This document shows, one piece after another, positions 1-9,102 of a stretch of DNA of 64,000 nt. The notes below the pieces were generated by a model. That model was not told the DNA's origin and did not search any database. It worked only from the letters and a program-made list of their open reading frames with translations. The stretch spans positions 940 through 64,939 of the forward strand of contig JAISGJ010000173.1 in assembly GCA_031263105.1 (NCBI GenBank), written 5' to 3'. A program made the translations under genes and the position numbers. The stretch comes from Coriobacteriales bacterium (lineage in GTDB: Bacteria > Actinomycetota > Coriobacteriia > Coriobacteriales > UBA8131). Position 1 is the first letter of the stretch, and the number at the start of each line of letters is the position of its first letter.

Positions 1-42
1 TGCCATCCGTGGCATTCGGGCGGCTATGATCCCGTGCCCTAG
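1..42 (+). CDS. yidD: 3' end of membrane protein insertion efficiency factor YidD (partial, starts before window)
   Basis: Frame 1 reads CHPWHSGGYDPVP then TAG at 40-42, matching the conserved YidD C-terminus. Lies directly upstream of yidC. Confidence 0.6.
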   Translation, partial: CHPWHSGGYDPVP

Positions 43-63
43 GTGCGACTGAAGGAGGATCTT

Positions 64-840
64 GTGTGGGAGGCGTTTCAACAGGGAATTTTCTATGTGA
101 TTGACTGGTTTTATGGCATCGCCCACGACTGGGGCCTTGCCATCATCTTGATTACTATATTGTTTCGTATATTAATATATCCCATAACCAGAAAACAGTT
201 TAAATCTACCCATGAAATGCAAAAACTACAGCCAAGGCTCGCTGAGATCAAGGAGAAGTATGCCGGCGACCAGGCTCGTATCCAAGAAGAAACGATGAAG
301 ATATATCAGGAGACGAAGTTCAATCCCCTCTCGGGCTGTCTGCCGATGATTCTTCAAATGCCAATTTTTATAGCACTTTATTGGGTGCTCCGTGAGCTTC
401 CTACCTATATTCAAAACTCCACCCATTCTGAAAGTGCCCTCCCTGCGACGTTCTATGGGCTGATCCCCGATCTTTCCGTCTCGCCCGGCAGCGTGTTCTC
501 CTCACAGGGAATCCTTGCCGTTGTTCCTTACGCGATTCTTGTGCTGCTGTTCGGCGTGTCGATGCTCATACCTCTGCTGCTCAACAAGAACAGGGAGCGG
601 CAAACCTTGATAATGACAGGGGTCATGTCGATCGTCATGGTCTGGTTCGGCTGGACCTCCCCTGCCGGCGTGCTTTTGTACTGGGACGCGTCCTCGCTCC
701 TCGGCGCTGCGCAGCAGACGATGTCGCGCAAGCTGATGGAGAAGAAGGATCAGGAGCGGGAAGAGGCTGTCGAGGTCAAGCCGGTCAAAGTCGAAGTCGA
801 GCGAAAGACGAAGAAAGCACGCCCGAAAAAAACGAAGTGA
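64..840 (+). CDS. yidC: membrane protein insertase YidC (short actinobacterial/Gram-positive type)
   Basis: ORF 43..840. Sequence WGLAIILITILFRILIYPITRKQ...MQKLQP...NPLSGCLPMILQMPIFIALY is typical YidC/Oxa1, with a Lys-rich C-tail. GTG at 64 has SD AAGGAGGA 4 nt upstream; the alternative GTG at 43 abuts the yidD stop. Confidence 0.9.
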   Translation: MWEAFQQGIFYVIDWFYGIAHDWGLAIILITILFRILIYPITRKQFKSTHEMQKLQPRLAEIKEKYAGDQARIQEETMKIYQETKFNPLSGCLPMILQMPIFIALYWVLRELPTYIQNSTHSESALPATFYGLIPDLSVSPGSVFSSQGILAVVPYAILVLLFGVSMLIPLLLNKNRERQTLIMTGVMSIVMVWFGWTSPAGVLLYWDASSLLGAAQQTMSRKLMEKKDQEREEAVEVKPVKVEVERKTKKARPKKTK

Positions 841-903
841 CAAGGAACGATGAGAGACGACGCTCCATTGCTCCTTTTCAAACCATAGAACGGAGGAGTC
901 ATT

Positions 904-1749
904 ATGAGGAAAGAGCTTGTTGCCGCAGCTCCCACGGTCGAGGAAGCGATTGAGAGGGCACTCGCAGAGATGGATGTGCAAAGGGAAGACGTCGAGGTCG
1001 AAGTAATAAAGGAACCGACGAAGCGCTTCTTTGGAGAGGCCAGGGACGCCGAAGTAAGGGTGACGCTCCTGTCGTCGGACTTCGAGGATGACGAAGACGG
1101 TGACGAAGACCCTGACGAAGACGGCGCACTGCCGAAAGACCGGGAACAAAGCGACTCTGACGAAGGCCCGGACGAGGAAAGCGAGGACATGGTTGCGGAT
1201 GAGGCAGAGGACGACCTGCCGCCCTCCGAGGATCCCCCCGAGGAGAACGAGAGGAACTTCAACAGGGCGCTTCCCCAACTGAGCGACGAGGAAGTGGACA
1301 CGATAGCGGACACCGCAATCGAGGCCATTCAAAGCATGTTGGGATATTTCGGCATACAGGATGCGACCATTGAGGAGTTCGAAGGAGAAGAGGGGGAACT
1401 TATCCTCGACATCGGCGGCAACAACCTGGCAATACTCATCGGTCGTCACGGAAAGACCTTGGAGTCCCTTCAGTTCATAGTCTCCTCTATTGTGGGAAAG
1501 AAGACAGGGTATCGGTTCCCGGTCATAATCGACATCGAGGGCTACAAGCACCGCAGGAAGCAGAAGCTGGTGAGCATAGCGCGCTCTTCGGCGGCCCGGG
1601 CAATCCGACAAAAACAGCAGGTGGATTTACGGCCGATGTCCCCCTATGAGCGGCGCATCGTCCATGTTGCTCTCAAGGACGACAAAAGAATCACCACTCA
1701 TTCCGAGGGAGCCGAGCCGAACCGCTATGTTGTTATTCGGCTTACATAA
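904..1749 (+). CDS. jag: Jag/KhpB RNA-binding protein (Jag_N, KH and R3H domains) with an acidic insert
   Basis: SD GGAGGAG 4 nt before the ATG. The C-terminal LRPMSPYERRIVHVAL...TTHSEGAEPNRYVVI is an R3H motif. Conserved position after yidC. Confidence 0.85.
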   Translation: MRKELVAAAPTVEEAIERALAEMDVQREDVEVEVIKEPTKRFFGEARDAEVRVTLLSSDFEDDEDGDEDPDEDGALPKDREQSDSDEGPDEESEDMVADEAEDDLPPSEDPPEENERNFNRALPQLSDEEVDTIADTAIEAIQSMLGYFGIQDATIEEFEGEEGELILDIGGNNLAILIGRHGKTLESLQFIVSSIVGKKTGYRFPVIIDIEGYKHRRKQKLVSIARSSAARAIRQKQQVDLRPMSPYERRIVHVALKDDKRITTHSEGAEPNRYVVIRLT

Positions 1750-1880
1750 CGACGCAGCACGTAGCACAGGGGTATGCAGGAACACAGGCAACGCTCCCTT
1801 CGTTTATGGATTGTCTGCCTGTAGGATCCACCAGATGACAAAAACATCTGTCTCTAGGAGTTTTGTCAGACAGTAGGAAC

Positions 1881-2594
1881 ATGAACCCAACGACACTACA
1901 GAGACACATCAAAGAAGCCCTGGGCTGTTCGATATCTAAGGAACAGGCAGGGCTTCTTTTTGCGCACCTTTCTTTTATAGTCAAACAGAACGAGGCCCTG
2001 AATCTTACCAGCATTCGAGACCTAGAGACAGGAGCCGTTCTCCATGTCGAAGACTCCCTTGCCGCCCTTCCCGAAATAGAGGCTGCTCCAGACGGAGGGC
2101 TTGTCGACCTTGGGAGCGGTGCCGGCTTCCCCGGGATCCCTCTGGCGCTCATGACGACAAGGAAGAGCGTGCTTGTTGAGGCAAGGGCAAAGAAGGCACG
2201 AATCCTACAGAGCTTCGTGCAACGCCATGCATTTGACGGGCAAATTGCCGTAGAAGCCCTTAGAATTGAGGACTATGGCGCTGTGGCCCCAGAACAGTTT
2301 GCAGTCGCCACGGCACGGGCTTTGGGTTCGTTACCTGTATTGATGGAGCTGGCGGCTCCTTTGCTCCAAGTGGGAGGCCTGTTGGTGGCCTACAAGGCGC
2401 GACTCAGTGAGGAGGAATGGCAGAGCGCCGTTTCTGTTGAAACCGTCCTTGGCATGAAGACACAGGAGCCGCGCACGTTCCTCCTCTCTGACGGAACCTC
2501 CCAAAGGAGCATCGTTCGTATAGTAAAACAAGCCGAGTCCAAGATTTCGCTTCCCCGCAGGGTCGGAAAGGCGCAAAAGCGCCCCTTGGCCTGA
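1881..2594 (+). CDS. rsmG: 16S rRNA (guanine527-N7)-methyltransferase RsmG (GidB)
   Basis: SAM motif LVDLGSGAGFPGIPLAL and synteny with parAB. The ORF track starts at TTG 1863; the in-frame ATG 1881 (MNPTT) is preferred. Confidence 0.9.
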   Translation: MNPTTLQRHIKEALGCSISKEQAGLLFAHLSFIVKQNEALNLTSIRDLETGAVLHVEDSLAALPEIEAAPDGGLVDLGSGAGFPGIPLALMTTRKSVLVEARAKKARILQSFVQRHAFDGQIAVEALRIEDYGAVAPEQFAVATARALGSLPVLMELAAPLLQVGGLLVAYKARLSEEEWQSAVSVETVLGMKTQEPRTFLLSDGTSQRSIVRIVKQAESKISLPRRVGKAQKRPLA

Positions 2595-2595
2595 T

Positions 2596-2615
2596 TTCTT
2601 TTCACGTGAAAAGAA
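2596..2615. promoter_or_regulatory. parS-like centromere site (perfect 20-bp palindrome TTCTTTTCACGTGAAAAGAA)
   Basis: The central 12 nt TTTCACGTGAAA are identical to the core of the parS consensus tGTTtCACGTGAAACa. Located 77 bp upstream of parA. Confidence 0.5.
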
Positions 2616-2691
2616 GTGGACAAGAGAGGCAAAAGGGCTATACTGATTTTTAAGAAAGGCCGATTAGGCAAACGTCGTTTTCAAAGGCAAG

Positions 2692-3480
2692 GTGATCAAA
2701 ACGGGAACAAAACCAAGGCAGACGATTACCCTGGCAGTCATCAACCAAAAAGGCGGAGTTGGAAAGTCAACAACTGCCGTTAACCTTGCTGCCGCATTAG
2801 GGGAGAAGGGCAAGCGGACGCTCGTCGTTGACCTTGATCCGCAAGGCAATGCGAGCAGCGGGTTCGGGGTTGAAAAGGTTGCCGACATGAAGAGCATCTA
2901 TGACGGCCTTATGAACGATGTTGCCATCGGTGACCTGATTCTTCCAACAGCCGAGAAAAACGTAGACATTGTTCCTGCAACTATCGACCTTGCTGGAGCA
3001 GAGCCGGAACTTGCAGTGGTCATCTCTCGCGAGAACCGCCTTAAGGACAGCTTGGAACCCGCCAAGGGCCTCTATGACTTCATATTGATCGACTGCCCTC
3101 CTTCCTTGGGGTTGCTCACAATCAATTCGTTGGCAGCCGCAGATGAGTTGATAATTCCTATCCAGTGTGAGTTCTATGCGTTGGAAGGGCTGTCAAAACT
3201 TCTCGATACTATAAAGCTTGTCAAAATGCGCCTTAATCGAGACCTTGAGGTACAGGGTGTCCTCCTTACCATGTATGACGGGAGAACCACTTTGGCTCGT
3301 CAGGTTGCTGACGAGGTGCGCGACTTCTTTAAAGAAAAGGTCTATAAGGCAGAGGTTCCTCGGTCGGTGAAGCTTGCGGAAGCCCCTAGTTTTGGACAAT
3401 CGATTCTTGTATACAGTTCCGGCAGCAAGGGAGCGGGTGCCTATCGTGACTTGGCAAAGGAAGTGATCAGACGTGGCTGA
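2692..3480 (+). CDS. parA: chromosome partitioning ATPase ParA/Soj
   Basis: Deviant Walker A motif NQKGGVGKSTTAVNLAAAL and full-length ParA similarity. GTG start. Confidence 0.92.
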   Translation: MIKTGTKPRQTITLAVINQKGGVGKSTTAVNLAAALGEKGKRTLVVDLDPQGNASSGFGVEKVADMKSIYDGLMNDVAIGDLILPTAEKNVDIVPATIDLAGAEPELAVVISRENRLKDSLEPAKGLYDFILIDCPPSLGLLTINSLAAADELIIPIQCEFYALEGLSKLLDTIKLVKMRLNRDLEVQGVLLTMYDGRTTLARQVADEVRDFFKEKVYKAEVPRSVKLAEAPSFGQSILVYSSGSKGAGAYRDLAKEVIRRG

Positions 3481-4351
3481 GAAAAAGAACAGCAAAGGAA
3501 AAAGCGGGCTTGGCAAAGGGCTGGGCTCACTGATTCAAGGTACCGACGCAGAAACCGGTCGCAACACTGACTTCACGGAAATCAAAATAAGCCAGATCAA
3601 ACCGAACCCCGATCAGCCGCGAACGGATTTCTCGGAGGAAAAGCTTGCGGAGCTTATGCAGTCGATTGAAAAGGACGGACTCCTGCAACCTGTCCTTGTG
3701 CGTCCCGATGGAGGCGACTACCAGATTATTGCTGGAGAGCGCAGGTGGCAGGCGTGCAAGAAATTGGGACTCAAGACAATTGCAGCCAAGATTCTTGTTG
3801 CCAACGATGCCGAGGCACAGGAAATCGCTCTCGTCGAAAACCTCCAGCGCGACAACCTTAATGCAATAGAGGAGGCGCGTGGCTATCAGCGTCTGATCGA
3901 GCTAAGGAACTGCAAGCAAAAGGATGTCGCAGAAGCGGTCTCCAAGAACCAGGCAACCATCTCCAATGCCCTGCGTCTTCTCAGTCTGCCTGAGGAGGTG
4001 CAAGACCTTATGTTTGACGGCTTGCTGACCTCGGGCCATGGGCGCGCCATCCTTGCTGTCCCCGACGAAGAGGGTCGCATTCGCTTGGCAAAGAAGATTG
4101 TCGACGAGAGCCTTTCTGTTCGTGAGGCAGAGGCGCTTGCCCGCCTGTACGGGAGCCAAGGCATCGGACATGCGCGACGGATACCCTCGCCGCGCTCTTT
4201 CAAGGTCGTTGCACGCAAGCTTCGGCAACAACTGGCGACGAATGTGCGCGTGAAGAACGTCCGAGGAAAAAATCGCATCGAAATCGAATTCAAGGACGAG
4301 GAAGACCTCGAAAGGATTTATCACGCGCTAAGCGACACGGGAGGCACCTGA
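3473..4351 (+). CDS. parB: chromosome partitioning protein ParB/Spo0J
   Basis: Has the ParB box GERRWQA, the LVENLQRDNLNAIEEARGYQRL segment and an HTH. The GTG start overlaps the parA stop by 8 nt. Confidence 0.92.
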   Translation: MAEKKNSKGKSGLGKGLGSLIQGTDAETGRNTDFTEIKISQIKPNPDQPRTDFSEEKLAELMQSIEKDGLLQPVLVRPDGGDYQIIAGERRWQACKKLGLKTIAAKILVANDAEAQEIALVENLQRDNLNAIEEARGYQRLIELRNCKQKDVAEAVSKNQATISNALRLLSLPEEVQDLMFDGLLTSGHGRAILAVPDEEGRIRLAKKIVDESLSVREAEALARLYGSQGIGHARRIPSPRSFKVVARKLRQQLATNVRVKNVRGKNRIEIEFKDEEDLERIYHALSDTGGT

Positions 4352-4396
4352 TGTCGTTCAACACGAGCGTGCGTTTTCCTGACCAAAAGAGCTCCC

Positions 4397-4723
4397 ATGA
4401 GTGAGAAGAACGCAAAGATGCTGTCCTTTGTCGGAGGGCTGCTCTTCTTTTCTGTTGTTGCCGCCTCCCTTCTCAGGAACGACGACATCTTGCGGGCAAA
4501 CCTTACGGAGCAGGCTCAGGGCTATCTGAGGATAAGCAAAGAGATTCTTCGTCGGGCAAGCCTCGTTCTCTCGAAGGCGGGGGCCGGGGTCTCAGAAAGT
4601 GCTAAAGGGAATAGTAATTTTAAAAAGGGGAGCGTCGTTGCTCCTGCCGACGAATACGACAGGGCATGGGGCCAAGCGGAAGAGCAAGGCGCCGCCCGCC
4701 TCAAAAGGCGCTCCGTGCCCTGA
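4397..4723 (+). CDS. hypothetical small membrane protein (one N-terminal TM helix)
   Basis: 108-aa ORF with the hydrophobic segment LSFVGGLLFFSVVAASLL. No recognisable family and a weak SD. Confidence 0.4.
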   Translation: MSEKNAKMLSFVGGLLFFSVVAASLLRNDDILRANLTEQAQGYLRISKEILRRASLVLSKAGAGVSESAKGNSNFKKGSVVAPADEYDRAWGQAEEQGAARLKRRSVP

Positions 4724-4889
4724 TAGAATAGAAGGGCATCGTATGCGTGGGGAGCCGTGGGGCCTTCTCCCGCTCCTTCTCTGCCGTTCGTCGCGACGAA
4801 ACGCCCCGTTTCGCTATGGATTAAGGCGTTGAATATGCGTATCATCTGATGCGGGGATTAGCAAGGGCCTGTTTCAACGAAGGGGTTCC

Positions 4890-5435
4890 ATGAAAAGGCT
4901 GCCACAACACACAATCGTTCTGCCAGTGCTTTTGCTGCTGGTAGGGCTTGCGTTCGTCACAGGGATGCTCTCTGCATGTGCCGGAGATCCTGCCGGGACA
5001 CCCCCTGCCGAACAGGCCGCACCCGGCTCGGCGACCGAACCGGGCGAGGCGGGCGACCTGGTCGTCCATGGCGTCCCAGGGTCTTGGTCCTATGTGAACG
5101 GCGCGCTCAGCCTTGTCGGCTTCATGGAGGCGCTGCTCGCGTTCATGGGTTTTTTCTTTCGGAGCAAGCGTCCCCCAAATCTGTTCAGCAGGCACTTTCT
5201 TTTGAGGGCGGTGGCGCAGGCCATCGCGTTCGTGGTCCTCGTGGCCACCTGTATCTCGGCAGACTTCTCCGGCATGGCCGTTGCCTTTGACAAGATGAGC
5301 ATTTTCGTCATCGTGCTCTTTGTCTTGCAGCAGGGGGCGCTGTTCGGCGCGAGGCAGAAAAGAAGGAAAAGGCCGAAGCTTGCGGACGATGAGCCCAAGG
5401 AACACTTTCGTGCGAAGACGCGGTTTGACGGATAG
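4890..5435 (+). CDS. putative lipoprotein / polytopic membrane protein
   Basis: Signal peptide with lipobox (LLLLVGLAFVTGMLSAC), SD GAAGGGG, and further TM segments downstream. Confidence 0.55.
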   Translation: MKRLPQHTIVLPVLLLLVGLAFVTGMLSACAGDPAGTPPAEQAAPGSATEPGEAGDLVVHGVPGSWSYVNGALSLVGFMEALLAFMGFFFRSKRPPNLFSRHFLLRAVAQAIAFVVLVATCISADFSGMAVAFDKMSIFVIVLFVLQQGALFGARQKRRKRPKLADDEPKEHFRAKTRFDG

Positions 5436-5594
5436 GGCGTCAGCTTTATCATAAGTGCACGTTTTTGTCAAGCACCTTTTGTCAAGACAGACAGGACTAT
5501 CAAAGCCCACGTCAGGCGAGTATAGTAAAGACTGTAAGCGCAAGGCTCTCGTTAAGAGGGAAGCGGCGATTACACCAAAGGGGCGTCGTCCTTT

Positions 5595-5621
5595 GGGGCG
5601 TCAGGGGCGTCAGGGGCGTCA
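5595..5621. repeat. 3 x 9-bp tandem repeat GGGGCGTCA
   Basis: Read directly in the intergenic region. Confidence 0.8.
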
Positions 5622-5629
5622 GCAGATAG

Positions 5630-5663
5630 CGGGAGCGACCGTTTGGCCGCTCCCGTTTCTGTT
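5630..5663 (+). terminator. intrinsic terminator-like hairpin (CGGGAGCG / CGCTCCCG) followed by TTTCTGTT
   Basis: 8-bp GC stem, 10-nt loop and a T-rich tail. Lies between the convergent lipoprotein gene and rlmN. Confidence 0.5.
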
Positions 5664-5671
5664 ATATGGTC

Positions 5672-6721
5672 TCATGCAGGGGCTTCGGCGAGTCCCTTGA
5701 GCTGTCCGCAGGCTCCGCCGATGTCCATGCCGCGCGAGCGTCGGATGGAACACTCGACGCCGGCGGCCTGTAGTTGGGACGCGATGGCGGCGCAGCGTTC
5801 GGGAGGGCTGGAGGGGCCGATGCCTTCCGACAGGGGAGGACTGGGCGGGTTGAGGGGTATCAAGTTCACGTGACAGAGCATCCCACGCGCAAAACCGATA
5901 AGAGCCTCGACCTCGGCAGGGGTGTCGTTGACTTGGGAGACGAGCGTGACCTCGAGGGAGGGGCGCCGTCGGGTTCGCTCGCCATAGGAGGCCAGAGCCT
6001 CGCGAAGCGCCGCAAGCGGCTGCTGTGCCAAGGCGGGCATGAGGGCGTCACGGGTGGCCTGGACCGCCGAGTGCAGGGATACCGCGAGCGTGAACTGGTC
6101 CGGCTCATGGGAAAAGCGCCCAAGCGGCGTCAGCAGCCCGCAGGTCGAGACCGTGAGGTGCCGTGCACCGATCCCTAGGCCGTCTGGGGAGTTCATGATG
6201 CGCAGTGCGGCGAGGGTTGCATCGTAGTTTGCGAAGGGCTCGCCTTCTCCCATTGCGACCGCGTTCGTGACACGCTGCCCCAGATCCCTGGAGACGGCTA
6301 TGAGCTGGTCGACCATCTCGCCTGGGGCAAGCGAGCGGACCAGGCCGCTCCTTCCCGTCGAGCAGAACGTGCAGCCCATGGCGCAGCCCACCTGCGTCGA
6401 GAAGCAGACGGTGAGACGCTTGGCGTGAGGGATGGCAACGGTCTCTATCCGCGAGCCGTCAGCGAGCCCGAACAGGTATTTCCGCGTGCCGTCGGAGGAC
6501 GTCTGCCGCTTGAGAAGCCCAAGGGGCGCAAGGGGCTCATCAGCCTTCAGCCGTTCCCTCAGCGACGCAGGCAGGCTGCTCATCTCCTCGTAGCTTTGGG
6601 CGCCGTGGGCATACAGCCACTGAAGGAGCTGGGTCGCTCGGAACGAGGGCTCTCCCCACGAGTGCAAAAGGGCTTGCAGCCCTGGTATGTCGTAACGCTT
6701 GATGCCGGATGCAGCAGGCAT
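5672..6721 (-). CDS. rlmN: 23S rRNA/tRNA (adenine-C2)-methyltransferase RlmN (radical SAM)
   Basis: FRATQLLQWLY N-domain, the radical-SAM cluster motif CAMGCTFCSTG and a C-terminal GGACGQL. Start set to ATG 6721 (MPAASGIKRY). The 47 codons upstream in the track ORF are translated repeat element. Confidence 0.9.
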   Translation of the reverse strand: MPAASGIKRYDIPGLQALLHSWGEPSFRATQLLQWLYAHGAQSYEEMSSLPASLRERLKADEPLAPLGLLKRQTSSDGTRKYLFGLADGSRIETVAIPHAKRLTVCFSTQVGCAMGCTFCSTGRSGLVRSLAPGEMVDQLIAVSRDLGQRVTNAVAMGEGEPFANYDATLAALRIMNSPDGLGIGARHLTVSTCGLLTPLGRFSHEPDQFTLAVSLHSAVQATRDALMPALAQQPLAALREALASYGERTRRRPSLEVTLVSQVNDTPAEVEALIGFARGMLCHVNLIPLNPPSPPLSEGIGPSSPPERCAAIASQLQAAGVECSIRRSRGMDIGGACGQLKGLAEAPA

Positions 6722-6749
6722 GCAGGAACTCCTTACGTTCGTCCATTGC

Positions 6750-6840
6750 AGCAGGGCGGGGCGCCTTCCGGCCGAGTCGACCGCTGCGCGGTCGAGGATC
6801 CCTCGGCAGGCTCGGGATGACAGTGGGGGTGTGAACAGCA
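6750..6840. repeat. half copy (right arm only) of the dispersed inverted-repeat element family
   Basis: ...CCGGCCGAGTCGACCGCTGCGCGGTCGAGGATCCCTCGGCAGGCTCGGGATGACAGTGGGGGTGTGAACAGC is near-identical to the right arms at 10000-10143, 35800-35878 and 45820-45893. Ends about 30 bp upstream of the rlmN ATG. Confidence 0.8.
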
Positions 6841-7067
6841 GCCAAGGAAACGCGAAGAACACTGTACCATGCTTCTCGCATCGCTACGGGGAGCAATCAT
6901 CGTTATAATTGTAAGATGCGGAGGCGGCAGGGCGTCCCGCCCTTGGCGCTTTTGCCTGACGGCAGAACAAAGGAAACGGCCGACCGGGCGGCGGAAGCCG
7001 ACCGGGCGGCATGAGGACGGAACGGACGGCCATGGGGTCTCGAAGCGACGTGGAGGAGGCACAGGGT

Positions 7068-8138
7068 ATGGATAATGCTGGTTGCCCAGGAACTGCGGAC
7101 AGGATGACAAGGCTCCGGGACCTGGCCGCCGCCGTCTCGACGCGCGTCGAGACGGTCGCATTGCTGTATGGGGGCACGAGCGGCGAACGCGAGGTCTCCC
7201 TTGCCAGCGGGAGCGGCGTGCGCGAGGTGCTCGAGAAGGAGGGGTTCTCGGTCTTGTCCATAGACACCGGGGAGGCGGGCTTCGTCGACACGCTTCTTGC
7301 GGGCAGGCCTGACGTCGCCTTTGTCGCCCTGCATGGCAAGGGCGGCGAGGACGGCTGCATCCAGGGCCTGTTGGAGACCTTGGGCATCCCCTATACCCAC
7401 AGCGGCGTCGAGGCAAGCGCACTTGCCATGGACAAGCGGGTCAGCAAGCTCCTCTATCAGGCGGGCGGGCTTCTCACTGCCAGGTTCGCCGTGGCAAGCC
7501 GGGACGAGTTCGGCGACGTTGCCGACACGGACGACGGTCGGGCGTTCGTCATGCATGGAAGCGACAAGGTCGCCGCAGGCATCGATGCCCTTGTCGCCTC
7601 GATCGGGCTGCCCTGCGTGGTAAAGCCCCTCAGCGACGGCTCGTCGCTCGGCGTCTCGATACCCAAGACGCGCGACGGCTTCGTCCAGGCCTTGGACACG
7701 GGCTTCAGGGTGGGCGACACCTTGCTGGTGGAGGAGTTCGTCGCGGGCATCGAGGTGACCGTGCCGGTGCTCGGCAACGGGCGACACGACCTGCTTGCGC
7801 TGCCGGTCATCGAGATCGTGCCGAAAAACGAGTTCTATGACTATGAGTCGAAATATGCGGAAGGAGGCTCGGAGCATGTCATCCCCGCGCGTATCGACGA
7901 AAGGGAGACCGCAGCCTGCAAGCAGGCTGCCATAGAGGCACACGCCGCACTGGGCTGTGCAGGGGTCTCTCGGACGGACATGATCGTCACCAAGGCGGGC
8001 GTCCCCTGCCTCATCGAGACGAACACGGTGCCGGGCATGACGCGCACCTCCCTTATTCCCGAGGACGCGAAGAAAGCCGGCATCACGCCGGGCGAGCTCT
8101 ACCGCCTTTTGCTTCACTTTGCCCTTGAGCGGCGCTGA
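7068..8138 (+). CDS. ddl: D-alanine--D-alanine ligase
   Basis: LLYGGTSGEREVSLASG, HGKGGEDGCIQGLLE and EIEVTVPVLGN are ATP-grasp Ddl signatures. ATG 7068 has SD GGAGGAGG 8 nt upstream; alternatives are 7011 and 7104. Confidence 0.9.
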   Translation: MDNAGCPGTADRMTRLRDLAAAVSTRVETVALLYGGTSGEREVSLASGSGVREVLEKEGFSVLSIDTGEAGFVDTLLAGRPDVAFVALHGKGGEDGCIQGLLETLGIPYTHSGVEASALAMDKRVSKLLYQAGGLLTARFAVASRDEFGDVADTDDGRAFVMHGSDKVAAGIDALVASIGLPCVVKPLSDGSSLGVSIPKTRDGFVQALDTGFRVGDTLLVEEFVAGIEVTVPVLGNGRHDLLALPVIEIVPKNEFYDYESKYAEGGSEHVIPARIDERETAACKQAAIEAHAALGCAGVSRTDMIVTKAGVPCLIETNTVPGMTRTSLIPEDAKKAGITPGELYRLLLHFALERR

Positions 8139-8157
8139 GCGGAGGATTGGGGAAACC

Positions 8158-9024
8158 ATGTACGACATCATCGTAATAGGAGGAGGCCCTGCAGGGCTCT
8201 CTGCTGCGATAACGGCCCGGGTGCGCAACAAGAAGGTTCTGGTCATCTCCAACAGGCTTTCGCAAAACCCCCTTGCAAAGACAAAGGTGGTCAACAATTA
8301 TCCAGGGATTCCGCAGGTGAGCGGCTTGCAGTTGCTCAAACAGATGCTTTCCCACGCACGGGGCCTGGGAGCCGATTTCGTGTTCGAACGCGTGGTGTCC
8401 ATACTGCCGACAGAAGGCCGCTTCGCCGTTGCCACCGGCAGCATGAACAGCGAGGGCCAAAGCATCATATTGGCGACGGGCACCCAGCACGCCAAGGCCT
8501 TCGAGGGGGAGAAGGAGTTTCTTGGCCGAGGAGTGAGCTATTGCGCCACCTGCGACGGCATGCTGTACCGTACGCAGTCCGTCTGCGTCGTAGGGCTTGG
8601 TGCGGACGCGGTCGACGAGGCGAACTTCCTTGGAGAGATCGGCGCCACGGTGCTCTTTCTTGGCAAGAAGCCCCCCGTTGGCCTCGACAGTGGAATCCTG
8701 TTCAAGAACGGCGAGGTCGTCAGGATCAGAGGGGACGAGATGGGTGTCACGGGGCTGGAGTTCAAGGAGAGGGCCACGGGAAGCATCGAGACGGCCCCTT
8801 GCAGCGGCGTGTTCGTTCTCAGGCCGTCCATAGCGCCGGACGCACTGATGGACGGCCTGACGATTGCCGACAGCGGCATTGTGGTCGACGACACGATGTG
8901 CGCCGGCGTCGAGGGCGTCTTTGCGGCGGGGGACTGTCTCGGCCAGCCCTTCCAGGTCTCGAAAGCGGCGGGAGAGGGCCAGCGCGCCTGCTTCGGTGCC
9001 GTGCGGTATCTCGACCAGAGATAA
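8158..9024 (+). CDS. thioredoxin-reductase-like FAD-dependent disulfide oxidoreductase
   Basis: FAD motif YDIIVIGGGPAGLSAA and redox-active CATCDG. The second dinucleotide motif is VVGLGADAVDEA, with no HRRxxxR NADPH signature. Confidence 0.85.
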   Translation: MYDIIVIGGGPAGLSAAITARVRNKKVLVISNRLSQNPLAKTKVVNNYPGIPQVSGLQLLKQMLSHARGLGADFVFERVVSILPTEGRFAVATGSMNSEGQSIILATGTQHAKAFEGEKEFLGRGVSYCATCDGMLYRTQSVCVVGLGADAVDEANFLGEIGATVLFLGKKPPVGLDSGILFKNGEVVRIRGDEMGVTGLEFKERATGSIETAPCSGVFVLRPSIAPDALMDGLTIADSGIVVDDTMCAGVEGVFAAGDCLGQPFQVSKAAGEGQRACFGAVRYLDQR

Positions 9025-9102
9025 GACGACAGCTCGGCGGGCCGTTTTCGGGCGAGGCAACGAGGCAGCGAGGAGGCGAATGCGCCTCAGGCCGGTGCCT
9101 CC

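Noticed and set aside
6722-6862. 47-codon N-terminal extension of rlmN (and similar extensions of nusA at 43599-44051 and rimP at 44092-44313)
   Set aside because: The extensions translate repeat-element or upstream-gene sequence. Internal starts with SD sequences give proteins of normal length.
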